A stretch of DNA of 64,000 bases from Candidatus Kaiserbacteria bacterium (GTDB lineage Bacteria; Patescibacteriota; Minisyncoccia; Phycocordibacterales; UBA2100), in contig JACROD010000020.1 of assembly GCA_016214605.1 (NCBI GenBank), forward strand, positions 30,158 through 94,157, in the 5' to 3' direction. Shown here piece after piece: positions 40,013 to 49,292 of this stretch. Below the pieces are notes generated by a model. It searched no databases. It saw only the letters and a program-made list of their open reading frames with translations, and was not told the DNA's origin. Both the position numbers and the translations under genes were made by a program. The stretch's first letter is position 1. Each line of letters opens with the position of its first letter.

Positions 40013-40996
40013 ATGGAGATGTCGCTCGACGCTATTCTCGACCTCGCCAAACAGGTTGATTCAGGGATTGAGGTCAAAGATATCACCCCCCTTCAGGGAG
40101 GGTTTAGTTCGCAGGCCTACAAGGTCGATCGAGGAGATCGTCCTTTTGTACTGCTCGTCGAAAGACCTGGAAGCGTCAGCCCCTCAAACTACGGACACGC
40201 TTATACAGTAATCACGCTCCTACAAAAGCATAATTTCAAATACGCGCCTCTGCCGCTGTGGCTCAAGGAGGATCATAAAGCGTTGGCTATCAGTTTCTTT
40301 GATGGCGTTGCTTCCGATACATTTAACTTTGACTCGAATCATATCGATTCTTCTAGGGTGGCGCTTGAAGTCATAGACAGTCTTTTGGATACGGCAAGTA
40401 TCACGCTTGATGAATATGAAAACACCGCAAAAAACTTTGGTGTTGAGCCGTTACCGATAGAAAGCCCGATGGATGGTGCAAGGAAATACGGTACTGTCTG
40501 GTTGGATATTGTCAGGAAATCATGCCCCGACGAGGATATCGTTGCGTGGCTCGAGCCTCGGGTGGAGCGCTCGATCGAGCTCGCCAAGACTATGGGCAAC
40601 AATCCACCCGTTTTTGGCCATGGTGATCCGAGTAATCCAAACATTTTACTGCGACAGGATGGTTCGTTTATGTTGATCGACTGGGACTCGGCTCGTTTTC
40701 ATACATCGGGCCCGGAATTCTTCGTGGCCTATACGACCAACCTGACCGACTTTATGAAGCCGTATCGTGAAGTTTTGACGAGTCATGTCGCTCAGAAAAT
40801 CGGTGTATCAGTAGAAGAATTTACTCATCGAGTGCATGAATACCGGCGTTATACAGAAGTTTTTGATGTCAACTGGGCTGCAATGATGATGGCCAGGATC
40901 AATGCAGGGGAAGTGTCGGGGGATATTCACGAATTTCGTGCGATCGCGCAGGAGCGCATGAAGATATACGACTCGTCATTTGGGGGAGTCCTGTGA
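40013..40996 (+). CDS. APH/choline-kinase-family phosphotransferase
   Basis: Brenner motif FGHGDPSNPNILL, IDWDSA. Confidence 0.6.
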   Translation: MEMSLDAILDLAKQVDSGIEVKDITPLQGGFSSQAYKVDRGDRPFVLLVERPGSVSPSNYGHAYTVITLLQKHNFKYAPLPLWLKEDHKALAISFFDGVASDTFNFDSNHIDSSRVALEVIDSLLDTASITLDEYENTAKNFGVEPLPIESPMDGARKYGTVWLDIVRKSCPDEDIVAWLEPRVERSIELAKTMGNNPPVFGHGDPSNPNILLRQDGSFMLIDWDSARFHTSGPEFFVAYTTNLTDFMKPYREVLTSHVAQKIGVSVEEFTHRVHEYRRYTEVFDVNWAAMMMARINAGEVSGDIHEFRAIAQERMKIYDSSFGGVL

Positions 40997-41041
40997 ATTA
41001 CACCTTGCGTGGCCTATGTGCCATGCCACAATGATGGGTAT

Positions 41042-43108
41042 ATGAAAAAATTTCTTAGCATCCTTTCTATTATTGGAATGATGATACTGCCGCTTGCAGC
41101 AAGCGCGCAGACGGTTGATATCAACAGTCTCATCGCGCAGACACAAGCGCTCATCGCGCAGATCAATGCGCTCAAAGCGCAACAGGGGTATGCATCCTCC
41201 TCTGTTGTCCCGACCACTTCAACCACAAATACTTCATCCAACGCCGGTGCGCTGACTTCCGGTATTTGTCCCACGCTTTCCCGATCGCTCTCGTACGGTG
41301 CCTCGGGCAACGACGTCTCAAGTCTACAGCAATTTCTTGCGCAAGATGTGAGCGTATATCCCGATCAGCTTGTGACGGGGTATTTTGGCACTTTGACCCA
41401 AGCTGCCGTGCAGCGTTGGCAGATGAAGTATGGCGTCGTCTCGTCCGGTGCGCCGGATTCGACCGGTTTTGGCGTCGTAGGGCCGCGCACAAAAGCCGCT
41501 ATCTTGACTCACTGTGTCCCAGGTGTGAATGCTCAGACGGGGACGCCAAATGTTGCGAGTGGTTTCATTACGGTAACGCCCGCGACCGGAAACGTACCGT
41601 TTACAACGACCATCACGGCGACCGTCAATACGTCGAATTCCTGCGTCGGCGCGACGTATATGCTTGATTTTGGCGACGGAGCGAATACGCGGCAGTACAT
41701 TTCGACAGCGGGCAATTGCAGTCAACAGGTAAAGACATTCACCCACACGTATACATCCGGCGGTGTCTATACGATCACGCTATCTGCTGGCGGGCACGAG
41801 ACGACCACGATCGTTACGGTCAACGGTGCCGGCGCACAGACAGGGGCAGTCGACTCGCTCCATGCTTCGGTTGCTTCAGGGACAGCGCCATTTTTCGTGA
41901 CATTCACTGGTTCGGTGAAGGCTGAAGATGCGGGCACTTGTACCTCCAATTGTACGGATGTTATCAATTTTGGCGACGGCGCATCGGTAGCTGTTCCGCT
42001 TCCTGTGAGAAAAGAGGGGTATCAAATATATACGACATACATCGTCAGTCATACATACACGCAGGCGGGGTCCTACATTGCCAGTCTGGTGTCCTCCTCC
42101 ACTGACCCCAATGTGTCCGTACAGACCTACGCATTCACCCAGATCACTGTGTCCGGTGCTCCGGTAGCGACACCTACGCTTTTGATCACGGTCGGCAGTA
42201 ATGCTGTGCAACAAGGAGGTATATTGCCTGTTTTTTGGTCCAGTACGAACGTCGCGACATCTTCTGCGGTCGGCCTGTGGATGGTCAATACACTCTCCGG
42301 AGCTCTCTATCCGCTTGCCATGACGCTCAACACAACAGGAAGTATGAACGCGCCCATTCCCAAGACTGCGGACGAAGGGACAGTGCCTCCGGTAGGTGTC
42401 TATGTGGCATTGGGCAAGATCTACACTCCTGCAGACGCCGTGCTCACGGGTGTGACTCCGGTATATACGGCTCTCGGGCGCAGCGACACATTCAATGTCT
42501 TAGCGAGCACTGCTGATACCAATGTCCTTCCACCAACCGAATCCTACAAGATCCTTTCAGTCGCGACGGGTGTCGGAGGAAATCAATCAGCAGTATTTAT
42601 GAACATTTCGTATCCGACCTGCTCCACCTACAAGGTGGATTGGGGCGATGGAGGAGCTCTCCAAACGGGCGGCGGTGCTTCTGCAGGATGCGGCACGCAA
42701 ACCAACATCCTACTGACTCATACTTATCAGTACAATGGTACGGCGACGGTACGTCTCATGAACGGAAGTGGTACTCAACAGGCAAGCGCGTCGCTTGCGA
42801 TAGCAAACGCAGGAACAACAAGCAAATACGGCATGCTTTCGGTGACTTCCGGCATCGGCGGAGACCCTCTCTATGTGTCGGTCCAGCTCACTGTGCCGGC
42901 ATGCCCTTCATTCTTGCTCGATTGGGGGGATAACACCCTCCCGGCATCACAGACGGCATCGCCAGGGTGCACCGGGACGACGCGCCAGACGCCGACCTTT
43001 AACCACCCCTATGCGGCGCCGGGTTCTTACATCATCAAATTGAGCGACGCATCAAGTACTTTGCAGTCGAGCTCATCGATCCACCTCTCGACGACTACGA
43101 CGCAATAA
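41042..43108 (+). CDS. Secreted protein: PG_binding_1 domain + four PKD-like repeats
   Basis: Signal peptide; …FGDG…HTYT.GG.YTI.L repeated. Confidence 0.65.
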   Translation: MKKFLSILSIIGMMILPLAASAQTVDINSLIAQTQALIAQINALKAQQGYASSSVVPTTSTTNTSSNAGALTSGICPTLSRSLSYGASGNDVSSLQQFLAQDVSVYPDQLVTGYFGTLTQAAVQRWQMKYGVVSSGAPDSTGFGVVGPRTKAAILTHCVPGVNAQTGTPNVASGFITVTPATGNVPFTTTITATVNTSNSCVGATYMLDFGDGANTRQYISTAGNCSQQVKTFTHTYTSGGVYTITLSAGGHETTTIVTVNGAGAQTGAVDSLHASVASGTAPFFVTFTGSVKAEDAGTCTSNCTDVINFGDGASVAVPLPVRKEGYQIYTTYIVSHTYTQAGSYIASLVSSSTDPNVSVQTYAFTQITVSGAPVATPTLLITVGSNAVQQGGILPVFWSSTNVATSSAVGLWMVNTLSGALYPLAMTLNTTGSMNAPIPKTADEGTVPPVGVYVALGKIYTPADAVLTGVTPVYTALGRSDTFNVLASTADTNVLPPTESYKILSVATGVGGNQSAVFMNISYPTCSTYKVDWGDGGALQTGGGASAGCGTQTNILLTHTYQYNGTATVRLMNGSGTQQASASLAIANAGTTSKYGMLSVTSGIGGDPLYVSVQLTVPACPSFLLDWGDNTLPASQTASPGCTGTTRQTPTFNHPYAAPGSYIIKLSDASSTLQSSSSIHLSTTTTQ

Positions 43109-45409
43109 TCATTCAGAATGGAGCTCCGTATGCGAGGTTTCGGTCCGCATGCGGAGCTCTTCGTGTTGTGCGAGTGTGGGGTCGGCCGCCACGATGCGTA
43201 TTGCTTCTTCGCGTGCTGCCTGGATGAGCTTCACGTTTTGGAGTGCTTCCATGCCGATGTCGGATACGCCCCACTGATGTCCGCCGCGCAAATCGCCTGC
43301 GCCGCGCGTCGCGAGATCGGCCTCGGCGAGTACAAATCCATCGTCGGACTTTTCAAGTGTCTTCAGTCGCTTGAGAGATATCTCCCCGGTCGTCTCAGGG
43401 AGGAGGAAACAGATTGGCGGATGCGAACTGCGCATGACGCGGCCGCGCAGCTGGTGGAGCTGTGCCAAGCCGAAGCGCTCGGCACCCTCGATCATGATCG
43501 CGGTCGCGTTGGGGACATTGACGCCGACTTCGACGACGGAGGTCGCCACGAGGATCTGTATTTCATTGCGTTCGAATCGTTTCATTACCTCGTCCTTTTC
43601 CTTTGGCTTCATCGCTCCGTGCAGAAGGCCGACTTCGTATTCGGGAAAGACGTCTTTTTGCAGGCGCTTTTGCTCGGCTTTGGCGGAGCGCGCCTGCAAG
43701 GCGCCGATCTTCGCCGGGTCCGGCTCTTCGATGCGCGGGCATATGACGTACGCTTGGCGGCCTTTCACCAGCTCCGCGCGGACGAGCTCGTATGCTTCGT
43801 CGCGCTGATCTTTTTTCACGATGCGAGTCGCAATCTTGGCGCGTCCCGGCGGGAGCTCGTCGAGGATGGAGAGATCGAGATCGCCATAGATGGTGAGCGC
43901 AAGCGTGCGCGGGATCGGGGTGGCGGTCATGGAGAGGAAGTGAGGTGAAGGGGCGCGGGACATTCCCACATTTCGCCCTGCGGAACTCCCTTCGGTCAAA
44001 CAGTCCTCGGTCAAAATGTGGGAATGTCCCGCGCCCTCACGGGCGTTTTTCTGCGCTAACGCGCGGCGCTGTTTGGTGCCGAAGCGGTGTTGTTCGTCGA
44101 TGATTGTGTACGCGAGGTGTTGGAACTCGACGGATTTTTGGATGAGCGCGTGCGTGCCGATGAGCATGGCGATCTCTCCATTTTTCACCCACTTGAGGAG
44201 TTGTGCGCGCGACACTTCGGTCGCTTTTCCTCTACCGATCTTGGAGGGGAATTTTTTGCACCCACTGCCGGTGATGAGACCGATGTTGATCGGGAGGTGT
44301 GAGAAGTATTCGATGAAGGATTGAAAATGCTGCGTAGCGAGGATCTCCGTCGGCGCCATATAGGCCACCTGCAAGGTCCCGCTTGTACGCCCCGGCGGGC
44401 GCGCAGTGACGATCGCGTAAGCCGTCGCCGCCGCGACCAGAGTCTTGCCTGAGCCGACGTCGCCTTCGAGGAGGCGCGCCATCGGGTGTGGTTTGCCGAA
44501 GTCTTTGAGGATGTCGTCGATCGCACGGATCTGTGCTTTGGTCGGGGGGAAGGCGATCGAGTCGAGGAATTCGTTGGCGCGCGCGTGCGCATCACTGATG
44601 GGAAATGTCTTGAACGAATCATTTTCCGCACGCTCCATCGCGCGCGTGATCTGTATCGTGAGGATCTCTTCAAAGGCAAATCGTTTGCGTGCGGCCGCCG
44701 CATGAGTGTCTTTCTCCGGTGTGTGGATATAAATGAGCGCCTCGGCGAGGTCGGGGAGATGATACCTTTTGAGGATGTCCGGCGGGATTGGATCGACTAG
44801 GGCCTCGTGTACATGCTGTGCAAAGACACGTTCGAGTGCGTGATAAAACCATCGACTCGTGATGCCTCGACTCTCCGGGTAGATAGGAAACAAAGACTTT
44901 GAATCCACTTCGACTGTGTCCGATGTCTCTCCGTTTGCAAAAAGCCCCTTGCTTGAACTGATCGCCGCCCCCACCATATCCGGCGGGATGATCTCGACCT
45001 CGGGGTTGGTCAGATACACGCGGCCCTCTTTGCCGCCGACCGTGCCGGTGACCTTGGCGACAGCGCCCTCGGGGATATACGAAGCGATGTAGGGCTGGTT
45101 GAACCACATGACCTTGACTCGGCCGGTCCCATCCTCAAACCATCCTTCAGTCGCATTGCGTCGACTCTTCCAAAGCTTCTTCGCTTTGAGTCCGTGAAAG
45201 GTCCCGATGAGCGTCACCTTGGTCCCCGGCACGAGCCCCGCCGCATTGGCCGATGCTCCTGCCGTGTCGAAGCGCACCGGGAAGTGATACAGGAGATCAT
45301 GGATCGTATGCAGTCCCAGCCGCTTCAGAGCCGCCTTCTGGTCCGGCACGAGGCGGAAATAATCGGTGATATTACTTGACGGGTCCATAATTATAGTATA
45401 CAATATCAC
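43109..45409 (-). CDS. recG: ATP-dependent DNA helicase RecG
   Basis: Wedge + helicase motifs (GDVGSGKT, DEQHRFG, TATPIPRT); start may be 45386. Confidence 0.9.
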   Translation of the reverse strand: MILYTIIMDPSSNITDYFRLVPDQKAALKRLGLHTIHDLLYHFPVRFDTAGASANAAGLVPGTKVTLIGTFHGLKAKKLWKSRRNATEGWFEDGTGRVKVMWFNQPYIASYIPEGAVAKVTGTVGGKEGRVYLTNPEVEIIPPDMVGAAISSSKGLFANGETSDTVEVDSKSLFPIYPESRGITSRWFYHALERVFAQHVHEALVDPIPPDILKRYHLPDLAEALIYIHTPEKDTHAAAARKRFAFEEILTIQITRAMERAENDSFKTFPISDAHARANEFLDSIAFPPTKAQIRAIDDILKDFGKPHPMARLLEGDVGSGKTLVAAATAYAIVTARPPGRTSGTLQVAYMAPTEILATQHFQSFIEYFSHLPINIGLITGSGCKKFPSKIGRGKATEVSRAQLLKWVKNGEIAMLIGTHALIQKSVEFQHLAYTIIDEQHRFGTKQRRALAQKNAREGAGHSHILTEDCLTEGSSAGRNVGMSRAPSPHFLSMTATPIPRTLALTIYGDLDLSILDELPPGRAKIATRIVKKDQRDEAYELVRAELVKGRQAYVICPRIEEPDPAKIGALQARSAKAEQKRLQKDVFPEYEVGLLHGAMKPKEKDEVMKRFERNEIQILVATSVVEVGVNVPNATAIMIEGAERFGLAQLHQLRGRVMRSSHPPICFLLPETTGEISLKRLKTLEKSDDGFVLAEADLATRGAGDLRGGHQWGVSDIGMEALQNVKLIQAAREEAIRIVAADPTLAQHEELRMRTETSHTELHSE
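43951..44036. repeat. Perfect 21-bp inverted repeat (gggcgcgggacattcccacat … atgtgggaatgtcccgcgccc) with 44-bp spacer, in-frame inside recG
   Basis: Read directly. Confidence 0.85.
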
Positions 45410-45560
45410 TCGGTTAGATCCTTGAGTTCAAGACATCATATCACTTTATCTCTACTTGAGACGAGCTTTTTGCGGCTTTCCGCCAGTATAGGAAGGCCCC
45501 AGCAAGCTCGTCTCATCTGAGGCAAGTCGCCGCTCGACGGTTCGAGCAAGGAGAACGACG

Positions 45561-46364
45561 ATGACGGCAACCCCGATCACGTCCGAACAAGAGAAACAGT
45601 ACAAGCGCTTCGTCGAAGACACGAGCAATCGTGGCCTCAAGGAAGTGATGGATAAAGACGCCATGCAACGATTGCTGTCGAGGGGAGGCGAGTTTCAAGC
45701 CTATTTTCTCGCTGGCGTGCGCCGATTCAGCACGAAGGCACCGGATTATGCGCTCGCGCGCATGATCCTCGGCAAGGACTTCATCTCGCCCGAGGAGATC
45801 GCGAAGTCGCGCGGTCTCGTCTACACCGATGAGCAACTCGCGAAGTTCGGCGAGACGTTGCCGCCGCAGGAAGCGCTCGAATGGTGCCGCGACAATCGCG
45901 CGGGGCTCATGGCTGGGCCGCCGCGGTCGATGTCTCTGCTCGAAGTCCGCGCACTTAAGGATGTCTACTTCTACTCGAAGGAAGGCGGTTGGTATGCTGG
46001 CGAGACGGAGATATTCGCTCGCAATGACAAGGTCGATCCGGTCTGGATCGCGTTCCTCAAGGAGCCAGTCGAGGAATCGTTCAACAAGAATTGGACCGAA
46101 CAGCAAGTGCTGGTCACCAATCCGATGGTCGTGCCCAATGCGGCCGAGGAAACCTGGTGTCTCACGACATACAAAGCGGTGCGGGGCGTCTATCTGCTCC
46201 CGAGCTGTTACGTGAGGATTTCCAGTGTGGACTCGGACGGTTACCGCGTCGGCGTCGGCGACTTCGGCGGGGCGGGCCTCCACGTCGGCCACTACTGGGA
46301 CGACGATCGGGACTCCGACTTGGGCGTCTCGGCTGTCCGGAAGTTCGGCACCTCGAACTCTTGA
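45561..46364 (+). CDS. DGR target (variable) protein, 267 aa, no signal peptide
   Basis: 3' 120 bp = VR. Confidence 0.7.
   Translation: MTATPITSEQEKQYKRFVEDTSNRGLKEVMDKDAMQRLLSRGGEFQAYFLAGVRRFSTKAPDYALARMILGKDFISPEEIAKSRGLVYTDEQLAKFGETLPPQEALEWCRDNRAGLMAGPPRSMSLLEVRALKDVYFYSKEGGWYAGETEIFARNDKVDPVWIAFLKEPVEESFNKNWTEQQVLVTNPMVVPNAAEETWCLTTYKAVRGVYLLPSCYVRISSVDSDGYRVGVGDFGGAGLHVGHYWDDDRDSDLGVSAVRKFGTSNS
46225..46344 (+). repeat. DGR variable region (VR)
   Basis: 120-bp match to TR with 13 mismatches, all at TR adenines. Confidence 0.85.
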
Positions 46365-46391
46365 ATGTTCGGCTCTTTTTGAACCATTGAA

Positions 46392-46413
46392 CCCTCGCGC
46401 GTCAGCGCGAGGG
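46392..46413 (+). terminator. GC-rich hairpin (ccctcgcgc gtca gcgcgaggg) + T-run, 48 nt downstream of VR
   Basis: Read directly; typical position of DGR VR-flanking stem-loop. Confidence 0.5.
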
Positions 46414-46714
46414 TTTTCTGTTTTGATATTTTCTTGCTATGATTTTGATATCTTGCTAATGAAGATCAGGCTACGGTTTGATCTCGCGGGATGTCTCGCC
46501 TCATACTCGACAGAGTGCCGGCGTTTAAGGATTTCGGCAGAGTGCGAAGAGGATAGAGATTCGAACTTCTTGCTCGTTTCTGGTGGAGATGTCCGCGAGG
46601 GCTACTCCCGGATAAAATTCAGGACCGAGAGGATATAGGATTGAGGGCAACCCATCGGTAAACCTCAAGATCCGGTGCCGCGCACAAGCGGGTCATAGAT
46701 GGAAACGGGCAAAC

Positions 46715-46834
46715 ATGTGGACTCGGACGGTAACCGCGTCAACGTCGGCGACTTCGACGGGACGGGCCTCAACGTCAACAACAACTGGGACGACAATCGG
46801 AACTCCGACTTGGGCGTCTCGGCTGTCCGGAAGT
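46715..46834 (+). repeat. DGR template region (TR)
   Basis: See VR; AAC-rich. Confidence 0.85.
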
Positions 46835-46883
46835 CATATCTCTTTCCTACAAATACTCCCGGTTGAAAGGCTGGAGTATTTCG

Positions 46884-47240
46884 TTACCGATCTCTACTTG
46901 ATCTGATCCATCCGCCGAGCATTCGGCCGATCTCATCAATATCGGATTGGAGAATGACGTATTTCTTATTGTCGATTGCTTTCACATCGGACATGAGTCT
47001 GATGAATACGCGCAAAAGATTCAATCTTGAACTCGCGTTTTCGAGGACGGGTAGTTTTTCGGCTTTTCCGATGTGTCCGGCAAGGAGCACCGCTTCCAAT
47101 ATCTCGAGTATAAGCGATTCGCATTTTTGCCAGATCGTGTAGCGATCCTGCCTCGAGATATCGGCGCGATATCCGTAAAAGGTCTTGTACAGATCGTACG
47201 TTTTCTTGAAGATCGGAGTATCAAAATCATTCATACGCAT
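46884..47240 (-). CDS. avd: Accessory variability determinant (Avd)-like four-helix-bundle protein
   Basis: 118 aa, between TR and RT, start codon overlaps RT start divergently. Confidence 0.6.
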   Translation of the reverse strand: MRMNDFDTPIFKKTYDLYKTFYGYRADISRQDRYTIWQKCESLILEILEAVLLAGHIGKAEKLPVLENASSRLNLLRVFIRLMSDVKAIDNKKYVILQSDIDEIGRMLGGWIRSSRDR

Positions 47241-48287
47241 GAAAATCTACGAAGATGTATACCAGTCTATTATTTCGCCGGAGAATCTCTTTGCCGCATG
47301 GCAAGTATTCAAAAGCGATAAGCGAAACAAGGCAGATGTGGCGGAGTTCGAGCAAAAAGTCGAACGGCACATCTTTCAACTGCATCGCGATTTGCGCTAC
47401 AAGACGTACCGACATGGACCGTATCACGGATTCTGGATCCACGATCCAAAACGCCGCCGGATACACAAAGCGACGGTGCGTGACAGGGTGCTTCATCATG
47501 CAATCTTTCGCGTACTCAATCCCATCTTCGAGCCTACATTCATACCGACTTCTTTTTCCTGTCGGATTGGAAAAGGCACGCACAAAGGCGTGATGGCGGT
47601 AAGCGACATGCTTCGCGCGGAAAGCCACAACAATACGCGCACGTGCTGGGCGCTCAAATGCGACGTGCGGAGATTCTTCGACAGCGTCGATCATGCGATT
47701 CTCCTTCGGATTCTTGAAAAGAGGATCAAAGACACAGACACCTGCGCCCTGCTCCGGCACATAGTAGGGAGTTACTCTGCGGATAGTTGCGGGGGGGGGG
47801 TCTTATGGGTATTCCCATCGGCAATCTCACTTCGCAGCTCTTTGCGAATATCTACATGAATGAACTGGATCAGTTTGTGAAGCATGAGTTGAAGGTAAAG
47901 CGATATGCGCGGTACACGGATGATTTTATCATTGTATCGGCGGATCGCGAGTACCTCGCATTGCTCATCCCACGCATCGAGTTGTTTTTACAGACGAGAC
48001 TTCGGCTCAGCTTGCATCCGCGTAAAGTCGAGATACGTGCATATCACCGAGGAATCGATTTTTTAGGATACGTGATCTTGTCGCATCACATGCGGCTTCG
48101 CACCAAGACGAAGAAGCGCATGATCCGCAAGCTCCGCGAACGTGTCGTAGCGTACCGGAGCGGGCACATCAAAGAAGAGCAACTGCTTGGCTCACTGCGA
48201 TCGTACCTGGGCGTGCTTTCGCACGCCGATGCATATGGTCTGATCGAGGCGCTCAAGAATGACTTTTGGTTTTGGTTGCATGAATAA
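47239..48287 (+). CDS. DGR reverse transcriptase, interrupted by frameshift at G10 tract 47791-47800
   Basis: N-term MKIYEDVYQSIISPENLFAAW, motif 4 IPIGNLTSQ (DGR-type SQ), motif C YTDD; ORFs 47185-47859 and 47787-48287 join across G10. Confidence 0.85.
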
Positions 48288-48415
48288 CACGCCGCTGTTC
48301 GGATTCATCTGCGGATTCGGGATTATTCACGGACGTCAATTACGTGGCGCATTCCCACTGTTGGGAATTCCGATACCTCAGGTGGAACTGGACTGCTTCA
48401 ATCCGCTCACAATGG

Positions 48416-48443
48416 TTGACAACCGCCTCACTGTTGGTATCAT
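48416..48443 (+). promoter_or_regulatory. Sigma70-like promoter (TTGACA-16-TATCAT) upstream of small ORF/mazF-like pair
   Basis: Read directly. Confidence 0.35.
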
Positions 48444-48469
48444 ATGCGTATATGAAAGCTACCTCAACG

Positions 48470-48628
48470 ATGAAAAAAATAAAAAGCTCTCGAACGCGGC
48501 ATGGTATAAAAAAGTTCGCACCAGTTGCCGGGACAAAAACACACGCCAAGTCTTTGAGTGAATTTGCATTTTGGAAACAAATCGCTTTACAACAGCAGGC
48601 GCTTCTCCATGCAAAAAATAGGACATAA
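48470..48628 (+). CDS. Putative small antitoxin (52 aa), overlaps toxin start
   Basis: Position/overlap only. Confidence 0.25.
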   Translation: MKKIKSSRTRHGIKKFAPVAGTKTHAKSLSEFAFWKQIALQQQALLHAKNRT

Positions 48629-48959
48629 GCACATACGGAAGGGAGACGTGTGGCTGATCGAGAATATGGTCGCGATAGGCCATATGCAAAAGGGAACGCG
48701 CCCCCATGTCGTAGTGACGCAAGTGACGGGCGAGACGGTTACCGTCGCACCCTGCACATCCGTTCGCAAGACGATTCGTCATAAATATGTCGTGGAAATA
48801 CGGCCCACCAAAGACAACGGTCTGCGTACCGTTTCGTTCATCTTGCTCTCGCAGTCGTTTGCCGCCGATACCAGTCTCTTGCAAAAAAGAATCGGGCATC
48901 TCGATGTAAACGAGATCGCTCGCGTTCAACTCGAGTATGTGAAGTACGTGACCGATTGA
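48609..48959 (+). CDS. PemK/MazF-family toxin-like protein
   Basis: GDVWLIE…TRPHVVVTQ…VAPCTS…. Confidence 0.6.
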   Translation: MQKIGHKHIRKGDVWLIENMVAIGHMQKGTRPHVVVTQVTGETVTVAPCTSVRKTIRHKYVVEIRPTKDNGLRTVSFILLSQSFAADTSLLQKRIGHLDVNEIARVQLEYVKYVTD

Positions 48960-49057
48960 GTTATACACACCCATATTTTGCCCCCCCTTGCATACTGCGA
49001 ACGCATGGGTAATATAGCGATGTTATAGGTTTTAATTTAGTTTCTTTTCTATATCGT

Positions 49058-49195
49058 ATGGATTACGACGATGACAAGGAGGTAGCGGAGGGGGTAGGGC
49101 TTTCGGATGATGCTTTACTCGAGGAAGAGGTCTCGGAGGATGAGGACGAGGACGAGCTGACCGACGAGGAGGTTACCGAGAAGGATTGGGAATAA
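49058..49195 (+). CDS. 45-aa highly acidic peptide (MDYDDDKEV…)
   Basis: Not in ORF track; alternative antisense Ser-rich ORF is low complexity. Confidence 0.25.
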   Translation: MDYDDDKEVAEGVGLSDDALLEEEVSEDEDEDELTDEEVTEKDWE

Positions 49196-49292
49196 TTTTT
49201 GAACACGATACGATCCAAGCCCCGCGAGATAGGCGCAAGACGCCACCTCGCGGGGCTTGCGATTTTATGGGTACTCGATATCATGGATATGT

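Noticed and set aside
39859-40059. 66-aa ORF overlapping tRNA-Ile
   Set aside because: Reads through a canonical tRNA. Spurious.
45513-46292. 259-aa minus-strand ORF overlapping the DGR target gene
   Set aside because: Antisense. The sense gene is validated by the VR/TR relationship.
46540-46580. agattcgaac resembling a tRNA T-loop complement
   Set aside because: No flanking T-stem or acceptor pairing could be built.
46225-46906. ORFs 46225-46638 and 46715-46906 (MWTRTVTAS…)
   Set aside because: Wrong-frame translations of the VR and TR repeats themselves. TR is non-coding in DGRs.
49063-49284. 73-aa Ser-rich minus-strand ORF
   Set aside because: Pure low complexity, antisense to a GAG/GAC-rich stretch.
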